Below, in pieces: positions 48,232-58,864 of a stretch of DNA of 64,000 nt. Origin of the DNA: Robiginitomaculum sp. (lineage in GTDB: Bacteria; Pseudomonadota; Alphaproteobacteria; Caulobacterales; Maricaulaceae). The stretch lies in contig JAJFFN010000038.1 of NCBI GenBank assembly GCA_021776635.1, positions 87,990-151,989 of the forward strand. Reading direction: 5' to 3'. Numbering within the stretch: position 1 is the first letter of the stretch; every line of letters begins with the position of its first letter. The position numbers were made by a program, and so were the translations under genes. Under the pieces are notes generated by a model, which did no database searches, was not told the origin of the DNA, and worked only from the letters and a program-made list of their open reading frames with translations.

Positions 48232-49206
48232 ATGTCCCAAATTCAGTTGGCGGTTTCAGTTAGGTTATCTATGCGTATTTCTTCATTTTTTATTATTTGT
48301 ATTACAATTATTTGTTCGGCTCATCCTGCTTTTGCAGCCAGTAAAAAGGAGCTTGAAGCAAAGATAATACAATTAGAGCAACGTCTTGGGGCCTTGGAAC
48401 AAAGGATGTTGACAGGTGACCCAGCAGCGGAACGACTAATGCAACGTATGGACGCTCTTGAAACATCACAACGCACAATGACCGGCGAAATTGAACGGCT
48501 ACGCTATGAAAGTGAAACACTGCACGAAGAATTACGGGCACTGGCAAGTCAAATAGTTTCGCTTCAAACAATTTCTGAGGCTATGGAGTTGCATTTAAAG
48601 GCAGTGGAAATCGTTGCGCAAGAACAAGCCAGAGAGCAATCCAGAGAACAATCCAGTCAGCAAAGAGAAGGGCAATCTCAACCGCTTGAAATGCAAGGCG
48701 GAACAAACGCCCCCATTGTGTACGGAGAGACCGGTGTTAGTCGTGCCAGTGGTATTTATTCAGGTGGATCATCTTTCCCTCCGCCGCCAAAAATTGGTGG
48801 TGATACGTCTTCTAAGCAGGGTGAGGATAGTTCGGATTTGGCTTTAATCGGGCAAGGCCGTATGAATGAAGGCGATTTCTCCGGCGCACAATCTGCCTTT
48901 TTGCAATATTTAGACTTAAAACCAGATGCTCAGGATAAAGGCGATGTCTATTTTTTGCTCGGCGAAACATATTTTGCTAATTCTGGTTTTTCGAAAGCTG
49001 CCGAAGCATATATCGCCTCTATGCGCGCAGAACCGAACGGAGATTATGCTCCAGAAGCCATGGTCAAACTAGCATCTACGGCACGTTCACTTGGAAAAAC
49101 TAATATGGCATGTCAAACTTTGGCAAGTTTCCCGTCACAATATCCAAATGCAGTTGCTGCCGTTGTTGAAAAAGCCCGTGTAGAGAAAATCCGTAGCGGA
49201 TGCTAA
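48232..49206 (+). CDS. cpoB: Tol-Pal protein CpoB/YbgF (coiled coil plus TPR)
   Basis: Signal peptide, coiled coil, YFLLGETYF, APEAMVKLA, AC..L, terminal Cys; follows pal. Confidence 0.88.
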   Translation: MSQIQLAVSVRLSMRISSFFIICITIICSAHPAFAASKKELEAKIIQLEQRLGALEQRMLTGDPAAERLMQRMDALETSQRTMTGEIERLRYESETLHEELRALASQIVSLQTISEAMELHLKAVEIVAQEQAREQSREQSSQQREGQSQPLEMQGGTNAPIVYGETGVSRASGIYSGGSSFPPPPKIGGDTSSKQGEDSSDLALIGQGRMNEGDFSGAQSAFLQYLDLKPDAQDKGDVYFLLGETYFANSGFSKAAEAYIASMRAEPNGDYAPEAMVKLASTARSLGKTNMACQTLASFPSQYPNAVAAVVEKARVEKIRSGC

Positions 49207-49209
49207 AGT

Positions 49210-50550
49210 GTGGGTGTTCAAAATAAAAATATTGACCAGAAAGCATTTGAACGAAAAGTTTTTGAACAATTAGATGAACTTGTGGGTAATGGGCAAAAAC
49301 CTCTTGCTGTGGCTTTTTCTGGAGGCGGCGATAGTACGGCTTTATTGTCATTAACCCTGAAGTGGCGCTCGGATCATCCCGTTTATGCGCTGATTGTCGA
49401 TCATGGGCTGAGAGATGGGTCGGCACAAGAAGCAAAGCTTGCGCGGTCTCGTGCAATAAAAATGGGTGCAAGCGCGCAAATTTTAAACTGTATATGGGGC
49501 AGATTTATACCCCAGACAGCAATTCAAGAAAAAGCCCGCAATATGCGCTATGGCCTGTTTGCAGATGCCTGCAAAGACATTGGTGTAAACATATTATTAC
49601 TAGGCCATAATCAAGACGACCAAGCTGAAACCGTATTTATGCGCAAAGACGCGAACAGTGGTTGGCGAGGCTTGGCCGGTATTAAACCAAGGACAAGGGC
49701 GGCCATATGGCCTGCATTACAAGGAGTGACAAGTGTGCGTCCTTTGCTGTCTTGTTCTCGTGAAGACTTACGTTTATATAACAAAAGCAATAATTTGCAG
49801 TGGATTGATGATCCATCAAATAGTAACCTTTCATTTGCTCGTATTCGTGCACGGAAATTTTTATCTAGATCCGAAACGGCAAAGCACAACCTGCTTTCGG
49901 TCGCCAAAGCTGCCAGTGAAACTTTGGAGCAGGAGCAAATAGAATTATCATCATTTATTTGCGAGGGTACAAAAATAAATGATTGGGGCGGGGTATTTTT
50001 AAAGCCAAAGTTTTGTGCAAATAACGCAGGGAAGATAGCCGAGGCTCTGAAATATTTGCTACCTGCAATTTCGGGTGAATATTTGTCTCCAACATATGAA
50101 AAACGTCGTAATTTGGCGAAAAGATTAAAGGCGCCAAGTTTTACCGGAGCAACTCTTGGGGGTGTGCGTCTGGTGCCACAAAGAAATGGTATACTGTGTA
50201 TGCGAGATTTAGGCGCAATTGTTGGCAGAGACAATGTGCAAGCATTGCCTGCCTTACCGCTAAAACCAAATCAATCGTGTATTTGGGATGGGCGGTTTGA
50301 AATGTCTGCATTGCAAAGCGGTGTTCATGTGGATGTACTGGCCAATTGGTTGGAAACACTAGATGTTCAGCGAAAGGCATTGCTAAGATCATTGCCGGAG
50401 CCTGTACGCGGCGGGCTTCCAGTTTTCATTCGCGATAATCAAATTGCACACATTCCATTTGTTGGTTTTTCAACAAGCGCACACGGTTGTTATGCACGCG
50501 CACTTACACGCGAGCGCTTGAAATCACTTTTAGGTGGTTTTTACAGATAA
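49210..50550 (+). CDS. tilS: tRNA(Ile)-lysidine synthetase
   Basis: AFSGGGDS, VDHGLR, GHNQDDQAET, RPLL, DDPSN. Confidence 0.95.
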   Translation: MGVQNKNIDQKAFERKVFEQLDELVGNGQKPLAVAFSGGGDSTALLSLTLKWRSDHPVYALIVDHGLRDGSAQEAKLARSRAIKMGASAQILNCIWGRFIPQTAIQEKARNMRYGLFADACKDIGVNILLLGHNQDDQAETVFMRKDANSGWRGLAGIKPRTRAAIWPALQGVTSVRPLLSCSREDLRLYNKSNNLQWIDDPSNSNLSFARIRARKFLSRSETAKHNLLSVAKAASETLEQEQIELSSFICEGTKINDWGGVFLKPKFCANNAGKIAEALKYLLPAISGEYLSPTYEKRRNLAKRLKAPSFTGATLGGVRLVPQRNGILCMRDLGAIVGRDNVQALPALPLKPNQSCIWDGRFEMSALQSGVHVDVLANWLETLDVQRKALLRSLPEPVRGGLPVFIRDNQIAHIPFVGFSTSAHGCYARALTRERLKSLLGGFYR

Positions 50551-50684
50551 AATTCTGCTTTCACCCTTACCCTTTCGTAATTGTCGCCTATATAGTATAC
50601 TTATATTGTCTGGTTGATTTGCCCAGTAAAGGTATTTTGCCAACAGAGACCTAGCCAGAAGCGATAATGAAGGAATAACATATT

Positions 50685-52622
50685 ATGCAAATGCGCAACC
50701 TAGCCCTTTGGGGTGTCTTAATCCTTATGTTTCTTGTGATGATTTCCGTCTCGCAAAATGCTATCCGTCCAGCGGATAGCCTGGCTATGACCACTTCGGA
50801 GTTCATGGCAGCCGTAGAGGACGGAAAAATAGATGATTTCAAAGTCGATGTGCAAAGCGATACTATTTCTGGCAAAACCAAAGACGGCAAAGAGTTTAAA
50901 TCTAATGTGCCTATTACCGGTGAACTTTTGCAGAAGTTCGACGAACTAAATGTTACTTATGATACCAACCCGATTAAAGGAACCAGTCTTCTGACGCAAT
51001 TCCTGTTCAGCGTCTTGCCGTTCATTTTGTTTATTGGAATTGCCATCTGGTTTATGCGCTCTATGCAGGGCGGCGGAAAAGGTGGGGCAATGAGCTTTGG
51101 GAAATCCCGAGCAAAAATGTTGACCGAAGCGCAAGGTAAGGTCACCTTTGATGATGTTGCAGGTGTTGAAAACGCTAAGGAAGATTTGCAAGAAGTCATA
51201 GAATTTTTACAAGATCCGACAAAGTTCCAGCGCCTCGGTGCAAAAATTCCGACGGGTGCACTGCTTATTGGTCCTCCTGGTACCGGTAAAACTTTGCTTG
51301 CCAAAGCGGTAGCAGGTGAAGCGGGGGTGCCGTTCTTTACGATTTCCGGTTCTGATTTTGTTGAAATGTTTGTTGGTGTTGGTGCTTCGCGTGTCCGTGA
51401 TATGTTTGACCAAGCTCGCAAAAACGCACCGTGTATTATCTTTATTGACGAGATTGATGCTGTTGGCCGCCACAGGGGGGTCGGCACATCCGGTGGTCAC
51501 GAAGAGCGTGAGCAAACCTTGAACCAATTATTGGTCGAAATGGACGGTTTTGATGGGCAAGAGGGCGTGATTATTATTGCTGCCACTAACCGTCCTGATG
51601 TCTTGGACAAAGCCCTCCTGCGCCCTGGGCGTTTTGACCGCCAGATCGAAGTCCCTCTACCGGATATTATGGGCCGTGAGAAAATAGTTGCTGTGCATAT
51701 GAAAAACATCCCGACAGCTAAAAACGTCGATATCAAATATATCGCACGCGGAACGCCTGGCATGTCTGGAGCAGATTTGGCTAACCTGGTCAATGAAGCC
51801 GCGCTTTTGGCTGCGCGCCGTAACAAGCGAAAAGTCACGATGCGGGAGTTTGAAGATGCGCGCGATAAAGTCCTGATGGGTGCAGAACGCCGTTCACTTA
51901 CAATGACTGAAGAGGAGCGGGCAAATACAGCTTATCACGAAGCGGGTCATGCCATTGTCGGCATGAATATGAAGGGTGCACACCCCATTCATAAAGCAAC
52001 TATTATTCCGCGCGGTCGTGCACTGGGCATGGTGCAATATCTTCCAGAGCGTGACCAAATATCTCAATCGCGTGAGCAAATGATTGCCAGCATGGCCATG
52101 GCAATGGGTGGTCGGGCTGCAGAAGAAATAAAATTCGGTTATGACAAGGTTACATCAGGCGCCAGTTCCGATATCGAACATGTGACGCGCATTGCCCGTG
52201 CTATGGTTACGGAATGGGGACTGTCGGACGAAATTGGTCCGATTGCCTACAAAAACACAGATAATGATAGTTTCATGCCAGGTATTGGTCGCGGATCTGC
52301 TATTTCACCAGAAACTGCTCGTCTTATCGAGAGTGAAATAAAACGCTTTGTTACAGAAGCTCACATATCTGCCACAGCTATTCTCAAGAAAAAGAAAAAA
52401 GACTGGATAAAACTATCTGAAGCTTTGCTTGAATACGAAACCTTGTCAGGTGATGAGATCAAAAGCTTGCTTAAGGACAATATCAAACCAAAGCGCCCAG
52501 ATTTTGACAATGATAGCGGTACACCGGCTTTGTCTGCAATTCCGACAACCAAGCCTACGCCCAAAAAGAAACCAAAACCAAAAAAACCACCCTTGGGCGA
52601 TAAGCCGCAGCCTGAAAGTTAA
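50685..52622 (+). CDS. ftsH: ATP-dependent zinc metalloprotease
   Basis: [24 protein letters not shown]. Confidence 0.98.
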   Translation: MQMRNLALWGVLILMFLVMISVSQNAIRPADSLAMTTSEFMAAVEDGKIDDFKVDVQSDTISGKTKDGKEFKSNVPITGELLQKFDELNVTYDTNPIKGTSLLTQFLFSVLPFILFIGIAIWFMRSMQGGGKGGAMSFGKSRAKMLTEAQGKVTFDDVAGVENAKEDLQEVIEFLQDPTKFQRLGAKIPTGALLIGPPGTGKTLLAKAVAGEAGVPFFTISGSDFVEMFVGVGASRVRDMFDQARKNAPCIIFIDEIDAVGRHRGVGTSGGHEEREQTLNQLLVEMDGFDGQEGVIIIAATNRPDVLDKALLRPGRFDRQIEVPLPDIMGREKIVAVHMKNIPTAKNVDIKYIARGTPGMSGADLANLVNEAALLAARRNKRKVTMREFEDARDKVLMGAERRSLTMTEEERANTAYHEAGHAIVGMNMKGAHPIHKATIIPRGRALGMVQYLPERDQISQSREQMIASMAMAMGGRAAEEIKFGYDKVTSGASSDIEHVTRIARAMVTEWGLSDEIGPIAYKNTDNDSFMPGIGRGSAISPETARLIESEIKRFVTEAHISATAILKKKKKDWIKLSEALLEYETLSGDEIKSLLKDNIKPKRPDFDNDSGTPALSAIPTTKPTPKKKPKPKKPPLGDKPQPES

Positions 52623-52630
52623 CCCAAAAT

Positions 52631-53011
52631 ATGTTTTCAAAGTGTGAAGTTTCAGTGTTTCTGGCGACGACAATGCCAGAAGCTTGTTTAGAATTTTACA
52701 CAAAAAATATGGGGTTGGAGTTGGTTGAAGACGGTGAATACGCTCTTGTATTTAAACTTAAGAGCTTAGAATTACGCATATCAAAAGTCCCCGCATTCAA
52801 TCCGCACCCGTTCACGGTTTTGGACTGGATGGTAGAAGACTTAGATGTAGCTATGAATTTGTTAGAGAGAAAAGGCGTAACCTTCGAGATATTCAAAGGC
52901 ATGGGACAAGACGAACGGGGGGTTTGGCAGGTTCCGAACGGCAAAACAAAAATAGCATGGTTCAAAGATCCGGATGGTAATGTGTTGTCAATTTCCCAAC
53001 GGGCAGAGTAA
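52631..53011 (+). CDS. VOC/glyoxalase family protein
   Basis: FYTKNMGL, FTVLDWMVED, IAWFKDPDGNVLS. Confidence 0.88.
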   Translation: MFSKCEVSVFLATTMPEACLEFYTKNMGLELVEDGEYALVFKLKSLELRISKVPAFNPHPFTVLDWMVEDLDVAMNLLERKGVTFEIFKGMGQDERGVWQVPNGKTKIAWFKDPDGNVLSISQRAE

Positions 53012-53018
53012 TAGCACT

Positions 53019-53819
53019 ATGAAAATCAACAATCCCAAAATAATGGGTATTCTAAACGTTACACCGGATAGTTTTTCTGACGGCGGTCAGTATGATGGTG
53101 TTGAGAAGGCTGTAGCTCGCGCACACGAAATGGTGGCTGCTGGCGCGGATATTATTGATATTGGCGGCGAGAGTACACGGCCCGGCGCAGATGTTGTCGG
53201 GCAGAGCGCTGAGCTTGAGCGGGTCTTGCCTGTGATTGAGGCGCTCTTTGGTGTTGATGCAGACATCTCCATAGATTCACGAAGGCCGGAGGTTGCACAG
53301 GCGGCGTTTAAGGCTGGTGCCTGTATTTGGAACGATGTAACGGCGCTTGGGTTTGACGAAAAATCTCCCGCTATGGCGGCGAAGCTCGGCTGCAAAATCG
53401 TGCTCATGCACATGCGCGGTACGCCCGAGACTATGCAGGATAATCCCCATTATAAGAATGTGGTCGGCGAGGTGATTAGCTATTTAATAGGACGTGTAAG
53501 CGTTGCGATGAAAGCAGGCGTAAAACGCGAAAACATCATCCTTGATCCGGGCATAGGTTTCGGCAAGAGGCTTGAGGATAATCTCGACCTTCTCCAACAT
53601 TTGGATGATTTCCACATTTTGGGCCGTCCCATCTTGTTAGGAGCATCGCGCAAAAGCTTTATGGGCAAGATTGACGGCAGTGTACCCAGTAACCGCTTGG
53701 GTGGCTCTATAGCCAGCGCACTTTGGGGAGCGTCTATGGGTGCTTCAATTCTCCGCGTCCATGATGTAGAAGAAACCGTGCGGGCATTGAAGGTTTGGGG
53801 TGCAATATATGGCAGATAG
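53019..53819 (+). CDS. folP: Dihydropteroate synthase
   Basis: MGILNVTPDSFSDGG, GGESTRPG, DPGIGFGK, SRKS, RVHDV. Confidence 0.97.
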   Translation: MKINNPKIMGILNVTPDSFSDGGQYDGVEKAVARAHEMVAAGADIIDIGGESTRPGADVVGQSAELERVLPVIEALFGVDADISIDSRRPEVAQAAFKAGACIWNDVTALGFDEKSPAMAAKLGCKIVLMHMRGTPETMQDNPHYKNVVGEVISYLIGRVSVAMKAGVKRENIILDPGIGFGKRLEDNLDLLQHLDDFHILGRPILLGASRKSFMGKIDGSVPSNRLGGSIASALWGASMGASILRVHDVEETVRALKVWGAIYGR

Positions 53820-54690
53820 TTCAAATACACCCCGCGTCCTCATCGTCGCCGGTTCCGATTCGTCCGGCGGGGCGGGTATTCAGGCGGATATCAAAACCTG
53901 TGCGGCGTTCGGAGTTTATTCGGCGACGGCGATTACGGCGATTACGGCGCAAAACACAGTTGGCGTGCAGCGGGTTGAAGCCTTGCATGCGGATTTGGTC
54001 GCGGAGCAAATGCATTCAGTTTTGTCGGATATTGGTGCAGACGTTATCAAAATTGGTATGCTCGCTAATACGGAAATCATCAAAGCTGTGGCGGATGTTA
54101 TCCTCAACGACGCGCAAGACTGCACCGTAGTGCTTGACCCCGTAATGGTGGCGACGTGCGGTGATAAATTGCTGGAAGACGCGGCCATTGAGGCCATGAA
54201 AGAACTATTAATGCCATTGGCTGATGTGGTGACACCGAATATTGACGAGGCGGAAATCTTAACGGGTTTACGTCCAAAGGATGCAAACGGTTTAAGCCAA
54301 GCAGGGGAACGGCTTTTGGAAATGGGCGCATTTGCAGCCTTAATGAAAGGCGGGCACCTAGCCAAAAACGGGAATGGTAAAAGTATAACTGATGTTTTGG
54401 TAGCTCCTGACGGCAATCACATTATGAGTGCACCGCGTATACATTCACGTCATACCCACGGCACCGGGTGTACGCTGGCCAGTGCCGTTGCTGCAATGTT
54501 GGCACAAGGCGCGCCCTTGGATATTGCTGTGAGAGAAGCCCGTGAATTTGTCTTCCAAGCTATCCGTACAGCCCCAAAACTCGGCCATAGCAATGGCCCG
54601 CTTAATCACGGTTTACATAAGAGTGGTGGTGAGAATGCAATTAAAAATGACAATAAAAACAATCCATTTTCCGTGCTAAAGGATCTATAA
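53809..54690 (+). CDS. thiD: Hydroxymethylpyrimidine/phosphomethylpyrimidine kinase
   Basis: AGSDSSGGAGIQADIK, LDPVM, TPN, THGTGC. Confidence 0.96.
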   Translation: MADSSNTPRVLIVAGSDSSGGAGIQADIKTCAAFGVYSATAITAITAQNTVGVQRVEALHADLVAEQMHSVLSDIGADVIKIGMLANTEIIKAVADVILNDAQDCTVVLDPVMVATCGDKLLEDAAIEAMKELLMPLADVVTPNIDEAEILTGLRPKDANGLSQAGERLLEMGAFAALMKGGHLAKNGNGKSITDVLVAPDGNHIMSAPRIHSRHTHGTGCTLASAVAAMLAQGAPLDIAVREAREFVFQAIRTAPKLGHSNGPLNHGLHKSGGENAIKNDNKNNPFSVLKDL

Positions 54691-55578
54691 TTTGTTTCGA
54701 TTGCGTCCCGACCTAGCTATCAATAAACCTGCGAAAATAATCATCATGGCGTAAATAGAACGCAAGCTAATGACTTCATCTAGAAACAACATACCTGCAA
54801 ATAAAGAGCAAATAGGCACTACGTAATTAATCTTGGCCACTGTGCTAGGGCCGTAGGCCTCGATGACACGCAAATATAAAATCTGCGCAAATGAATTGGT
54901 CCCAATTGCCATAACCAAAAGCACAATTATGACTGAAACGGGCGGTAATTCATATGATATTCCTGTAGGGATTGCCCACAAGGTTGAGAAAATCGCGGCA
55001 CTTATTAACATCATGGCTGCACCTAAGCTGTTAGCAATTTTTGGAGCACGTTTTGCTGTAATCGCCAGCACGGAATAACAAACTGCGCTTAGAATTATCA
55101 TCCCTTGCCCGCGCCAGTTATTGATGAGTTCCCATTTAAAAGGATCAGGTAAGAACAAGACTACAATGCCAAGAAAACCGATGAAAAACCCAATAGATTT
55201 TCGCCAAGTCAGTGGCTCGCCATGAATAAGAAAATGGGCAAGGACAATTGTTATTAAAGGCATAAAACCTACCAAAATAGCCGTAAGGCCACTATCAACG
55301 GTTTGTTGTCCCATTGCAGTTAAATTAAACGGCAATGCACTGCCAATTAAGCCCATAAATCCGTACCAAAGCCAGCATTTGTCACTCAGTTTGGGTAATT
55401 TATGACCCCTCACCTTTGCATATAATACCAAAATGAAGGCCGCGATTATTGTTCGAATTGATACCATCCATGCTGGTGATATATAGTCAACCGCATATCC
55501 AATGAACGTAAAAGCCGTACCCCAAACAATTATTAGCGTAAAAAATGATAGATATTTTAGTGTCTTATTGTCCTGCAC
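54685..55578 (-). CDS. EamA/DMT family transporter
   Basis: About 10 TM, VWGTAF, VDSGLTAIL, LAHF...E. Confidence 0.9.
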   Translation of the reverse strand: MQDNKTLKYLSFFTLIIVWGTAFTFIGYAVDYISPAWMVSIRTIIAAFILVLYAKVRGHKLPKLSDKCWLWYGFMGLIGSALPFNLTAMGQQTVDSGLTAILVGFMPLITIVLAHFLIHGEPLTWRKSIGFFIGFLGIVVLFLPDPFKWELINNWRGQGMIILSAVCYSVLAITAKRAPKIANSLGAAMMLISAAIFSTLWAIPTGISYELPPVSVIIVLLVMAIGTNSFAQILYLRVIEAYGPSTVAKINYVVPICSLFAGMLFLDEVISLRSIYAMMIIFAGLLIARSGRNRNKL

Positions 55579-56479
55579 GATCTTCTCCTAAACGGGCTAT
55601 ATATAGCCCTGCGAGAATTGTAATCAGTGCGATAATATATCGGGGTTTAAGGTCTTCTCCCAAAAACAATATGCCAGAAATTATTGCAACAATTGGAACA
55701 ATGTAGTTGATTTTTGCAATAAGGCTTGGGCCGGAAATTTGCAAGAGACGCAAGTACAAAAGATTACCGAAAAACGTTGCCCCAAGGGTCAAAGCAGCAA
55801 GAGCCCCGATGATTTTTACAGGTGGGAGTGATTGCGGTATTTCCGTGCCTGCAAACATATAGGCACCGAGTAGGGCACTTATCGCCCCACCGATAAGCAT
55901 TAAGGCGGCGCCGGTACTTGCGGGTTGTTCGGGTGCGCGTTTGCCGATGATGGAAGTTGCAGCATAACCAAATGCTGCGAGAATGATGAGCCCTTGTGCT
56001 TGCCAATTGTCAACTAGAGACCAGCTCAATTTATTTGGCAAGAAAAGCACGCAAACACCTGTAAAACCTATAAAAAAACCTAGTGATTTTAGTTTGGTAA
56101 GTGGTTCAGAGCGTACAAGAAAATGCGCCAATATGACTGTAAACAAAGGTGTGACGCTGATGAGAATAGAGATAAGACCGGAATCTACGCCTGCGTGATA
56201 ACCTCGCGCAATTAAGTAAAACGGTATGGTCATGCCGATAAAACCCATAACGCCGTAAGCCATCCAGCTCTTATTCATCAGGTTTGGTAATTTATTCCCG
56301 CGCCAATATACAAATCCAACCATGAATATGGCGGCAAAAACCATACGAATAGCCACCTGCCAGGCTTCGCTGACGATGTTGGCATCAATGGTACCGACTA
56401 AAGTATATTCTGTTCCCCATAAAAGTAGGGTAATTGGCACCAATAGCCATAAATTTGATAAATTGATACGCGCCATCAA
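55565..56479 (-). CDS. EamA/DMT family transporter
   Basis: About 10 TM, LWGTEY, VDSGLISIL, LAHF...E. Confidence 0.9.
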   Translation of the reverse strand: MMARINLSNLWLLVPITLLLWGTEYTLVGTIDANIVSEAWQVAIRMVFAAIFMVGFVYWRGNKLPNLMNKSWMAYGVMGFIGMTIPFYLIARGYHAGVDSGLISILISVTPLFTVILAHFLVRSEPLTKLKSLGFFIGFTGVCVLFLPNKLSWSLVDNWQAQGLIILAAFGYAATSIIGKRAPEQPASTGAALMLIGGAISALLGAYMFAGTEIPQSLPPVKIIGALAALTLGATFFGNLLYLRLLQISGPSLIAKINYIVPIVAIISGILFLGEDLKPRYIIALITILAGLYIARLGEDRAGQ

Positions 56480-57441
56480 GAAGGCTGTTCATCTGCGCGG
56501 GCCAAGAGAAGCCCTGTAATGATAATCATGAGCGCCGCTACGGTGCGCCAACTAAAGGCTTCGCCCAAAAAACTCATGCCAAACAGAACTGCAAACACAG
56601 GTACCATGTAATTTATCCGGCCAATCATGCTAGGCCCGCTGAGTTGAATGACTTTCAGATAAAGTATATCGGACAGACCTGTTGAAACAATTGTTAAAGT
56701 AAAGAGCGCCAGCAATACGCTGTTTGAAAATCCACCTGTTGGAAACCCGCTATTTATGACGCTTATTACTGCGATTATGAGGGCCGTTAGTCCTGCTGTG
56801 ATAAACATGATGGTTGCACCAATACTTGCCGGGGTCTCAGGTGCGCGTTTGGCAACAATGGCACCAAGTGCATATGACATAGCCACGAGAAGGATTAGAG
56901 ATTGTCCGCGCCAACTCTTGATAAGTGTAACATCCAAATTCTCAGGCAGAAATAAAAACACGACACCAACAAAACCTGTGAAAAAACCAAAGGATTTACG
57001 TAAGCTCAGCCTTTCGCTTTTAACAAAAAAATGGGCAAGTATGATAACCAATAACGGCGTAACTCCGTTGGTTAATATAGAGGACATGCCGCTCTCAACT
57101 CCGTATTCATTGCCTTTTGCAAGCAGGAAAAACGGAGCCGTCATTCCTAAAAACCCCATTAACCCGTACCAAAGCCAGCGCGCATCGCCTAGGGGCGGCA
57201 GTTTTTCTCCTCTTAGTCGGATATAGAAAAAAATAGCAACGGCGGGTAATGCAGTGCGGGTTATCGGAATAAATTCCGGTGGGAACCCCCCTGTGTAAAC
57301 GGTGTAATACATTAATTGATAAGCCGTAGCCCAGATGACCACGACGGCAGCGACATAAGCATAAAGCCTGAAGCGATTTTTGCGTCTAATTCTTTGCTCT
57401 TTCATGTCTTTCTTGCTATTGAAACGCGCCTCAACATGCAA
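56476..57441 (-). CDS. EamA/DMT family transporter
   Basis: About 10 TM, IWATAY, VESGMSSIL, LAHF...E; start could be 57405. Confidence 0.9.
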   Translation of the reverse strand: MHVEARFNSKKDMKEQRIRRKNRFRLYAYVAAVVVIWATAYQLMYYTVYTGGFPPEFIPITRTALPAVAIFFYIRLRGEKLPPLGDARWLWYGLMGFLGMTAPFFLLAKGNEYGVESGMSSILTNGVTPLLVIILAHFFVKSERLSLRKSFGFFTGFVGVVFLFLPENLDVTLIKSWRGQSLILLVAMSYALGAIVAKRAPETPASIGATIMFITAGLTALIIAVISVINSGFPTGGFSNSVLLALFTLTIVSTGLSDILYLKVIQLSGPSMIGRINYMVPVFAVLFGMSFLGEAFSWRTVAALMIIITGLLLARADEQPS

Positions 57442-57464
57442 GGGTTAAAGACGAGGGGCAGAAC

Positions 57465-57935
57465 CTAGAAGCCAGTGATTAAACCAATCTGTATCCAAGC
57501 ACTTGTGCTATTGGTTGTGATGACGGGTGCCAACCCAGTTGGAAAGCTAGCATCCGTGAAAGTTGGTTCGCTACTTAGGCTACCATAGAGACTACCAAAC
57601 GCATTTATATTGTTGCCGAGGGCATGATTGTATGTTCCGCCCAATGTTAAGTAGAAGTTGTCATCTGTCCCTGCAATTGCTGCGTAACCGCCTATGACAT
57701 CTAATATTAAAGTAGAGCGGTTGTTTAAATCGACACTGTTTGAGGCAGATGCTTCAAAGGTAAAATCCATTAAGTGGACATCGTAAAGGGCAGTAAGTGT
57801 TGGTGAGTAAACCTGATTAAAACTCAAGCCTGTGTAAACTTCTACGGTGGAAGCGTTTGCAAAACCTATGTTAAAAAGCCCCCCTTTGCTTGGATTATGA
57901 ATGGACTGTAAAGTGACCAATCTATGGACAATCAT
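57465..57935 (-). pseudogene. C-terminal fragment of an outer-membrane beta-barrel (TorF/TIGR02001-like porin?)
   Basis: Alternating beta-strand pattern (EVYTGLSF...SPTLTALYD), C-terminal IQIGLITGF, no signal peptide. Confidence 0.5.
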
Positions 57936-58023
57936 TTGTATCTAAACCTAACCGAACTTTACTTAATGCCTCATCGACCCCGTCAAGCTTGAAAAACTTG
58001 ATTGTTGCTTCAACTTTTTTCAT
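57922..58023 (-). pseudogene. N-terminal remnant of a P-II nitrogen regulator (glnB/glnK family)
   Basis: Manual translation MKKVEATIKFFKLDGVDEALSKVRLG...* against the P-II start MKKIEAIIKPFKLDEVKEAL; SD GGAGA. Confidence 0.8.
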
Positions 58024-58088
58024 AGTTATTCTCCAGTTATCTGTTGGAAAAGTTGCTAGCTTTAAAAATTCATCACACAAGGTCATAA

Positions 58089-58706
58089 ATGAAACCAAAA
58101 ACCAAATTGGACGTAACTAAGGCCGAGGCAGATCAAATCCGCATGCGTGTGCGCGCTGTGCGCACCATAGATGGGGATAACGGTTCATCTCGGCTGGCCG
58201 TGATTGAAGATGCCGCGGCAATGCTACAACTGCTCAGTGATGAGCGGGTGTCAGGCGATGTGTATACTCTACCCAGGCCTTTTTCCCTTGGCAGTATCCG
58301 CGCATGGATAATTGATCATCAAAAGCAGGCAAAGGACGGTGTAGGCCTGCTTATGGTTACCGACGACGACGCAGGGCAAATCATCACCATAACTGATTTT
58401 CAGTTTTGGCCAGAATACGCCGCTTGCGAATTCGGCGGCGTAATAGCCGCCCACCTGCAAAGCCGCTCTGTCGGCACTAAAGGCATTGCCCATCTCTGTG
58501 ATTGGGTGTTCCAAGTGTTAGGTGTGCGCCTCATCGCTATGACCGCATCACCAGAGAATGTCCGTAGCCATAAACTGTTAGACAAATTAGGCTTTATACG
58601 AATGGGCGAAATGGACAGCGTAAGACCTGATGGTAGCGTAAGAAAATCGCTGTATTGGGAGCTTATGGGGAGGTCGCTCCATGAAAATATTGGTGAACGC
58701 CCCTGA
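58089..58706 (+). CDS. GNAT (RimJ/RimL-like) N-acetyltransferase
   Basis: CEFGG...Q.RSVGT...ENVRSHKLLDKLGF. Confidence 0.85.
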   Translation: MKPKTKLDVTKAEADQIRMRVRAVRTIDGDNGSSRLAVIEDAAAMLQLLSDERVSGDVYTLPRPFSLGSIRAWIIDHQKQAKDGVGLLMVTDDDAGQIITITDFQFWPEYAACEFGGVIAAHLQSRSVGTKGIAHLCDWVFQVLGVRLIAMTASPENVRSHKLLDKLGFIRMGEMDSVRPDGSVRKSLYWELMGRSLHENIGERP

Positions 58707-58793
58707 GCACATCACAGTTTAACACTTGCCAATAAAAACTCACCACATTGTAACCCATCCCCACTTGACCGTCCGAAACGAATCTCTCATATA

Positions 58794-58860
58794 GCGCGTG
58801 GGTCGCGTCTTCCCACCAAGGCGTAGTTTTATGTGAGTACAAAAACGCTCACACGGAGAC
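58794..58860 (+). promoter_or_regulatory. serC leader-type cis-regulatory RNA
   Basis: Hairpin gcgucuu[cccacc]aaggcgu with loop complementary to upstream guggg; second hairpin ugugag...cucaca next to SD GGAGA; position matches the alphaproteobacterial serC leader. Confidence 0.65.
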
Positions 58861-58864
58861 AAAA

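Noticed and set aside
53809..53819. Absence of glmM between folP and thiD
   Set aside because: Gene order varies among alphaproteobacteria and cannot be judged from one window.
58040..58065. Sigma-54 promoter near the P-II remnant
   Set aside because: GG-GC spacing is wrong and the motif is on the opposite strand.
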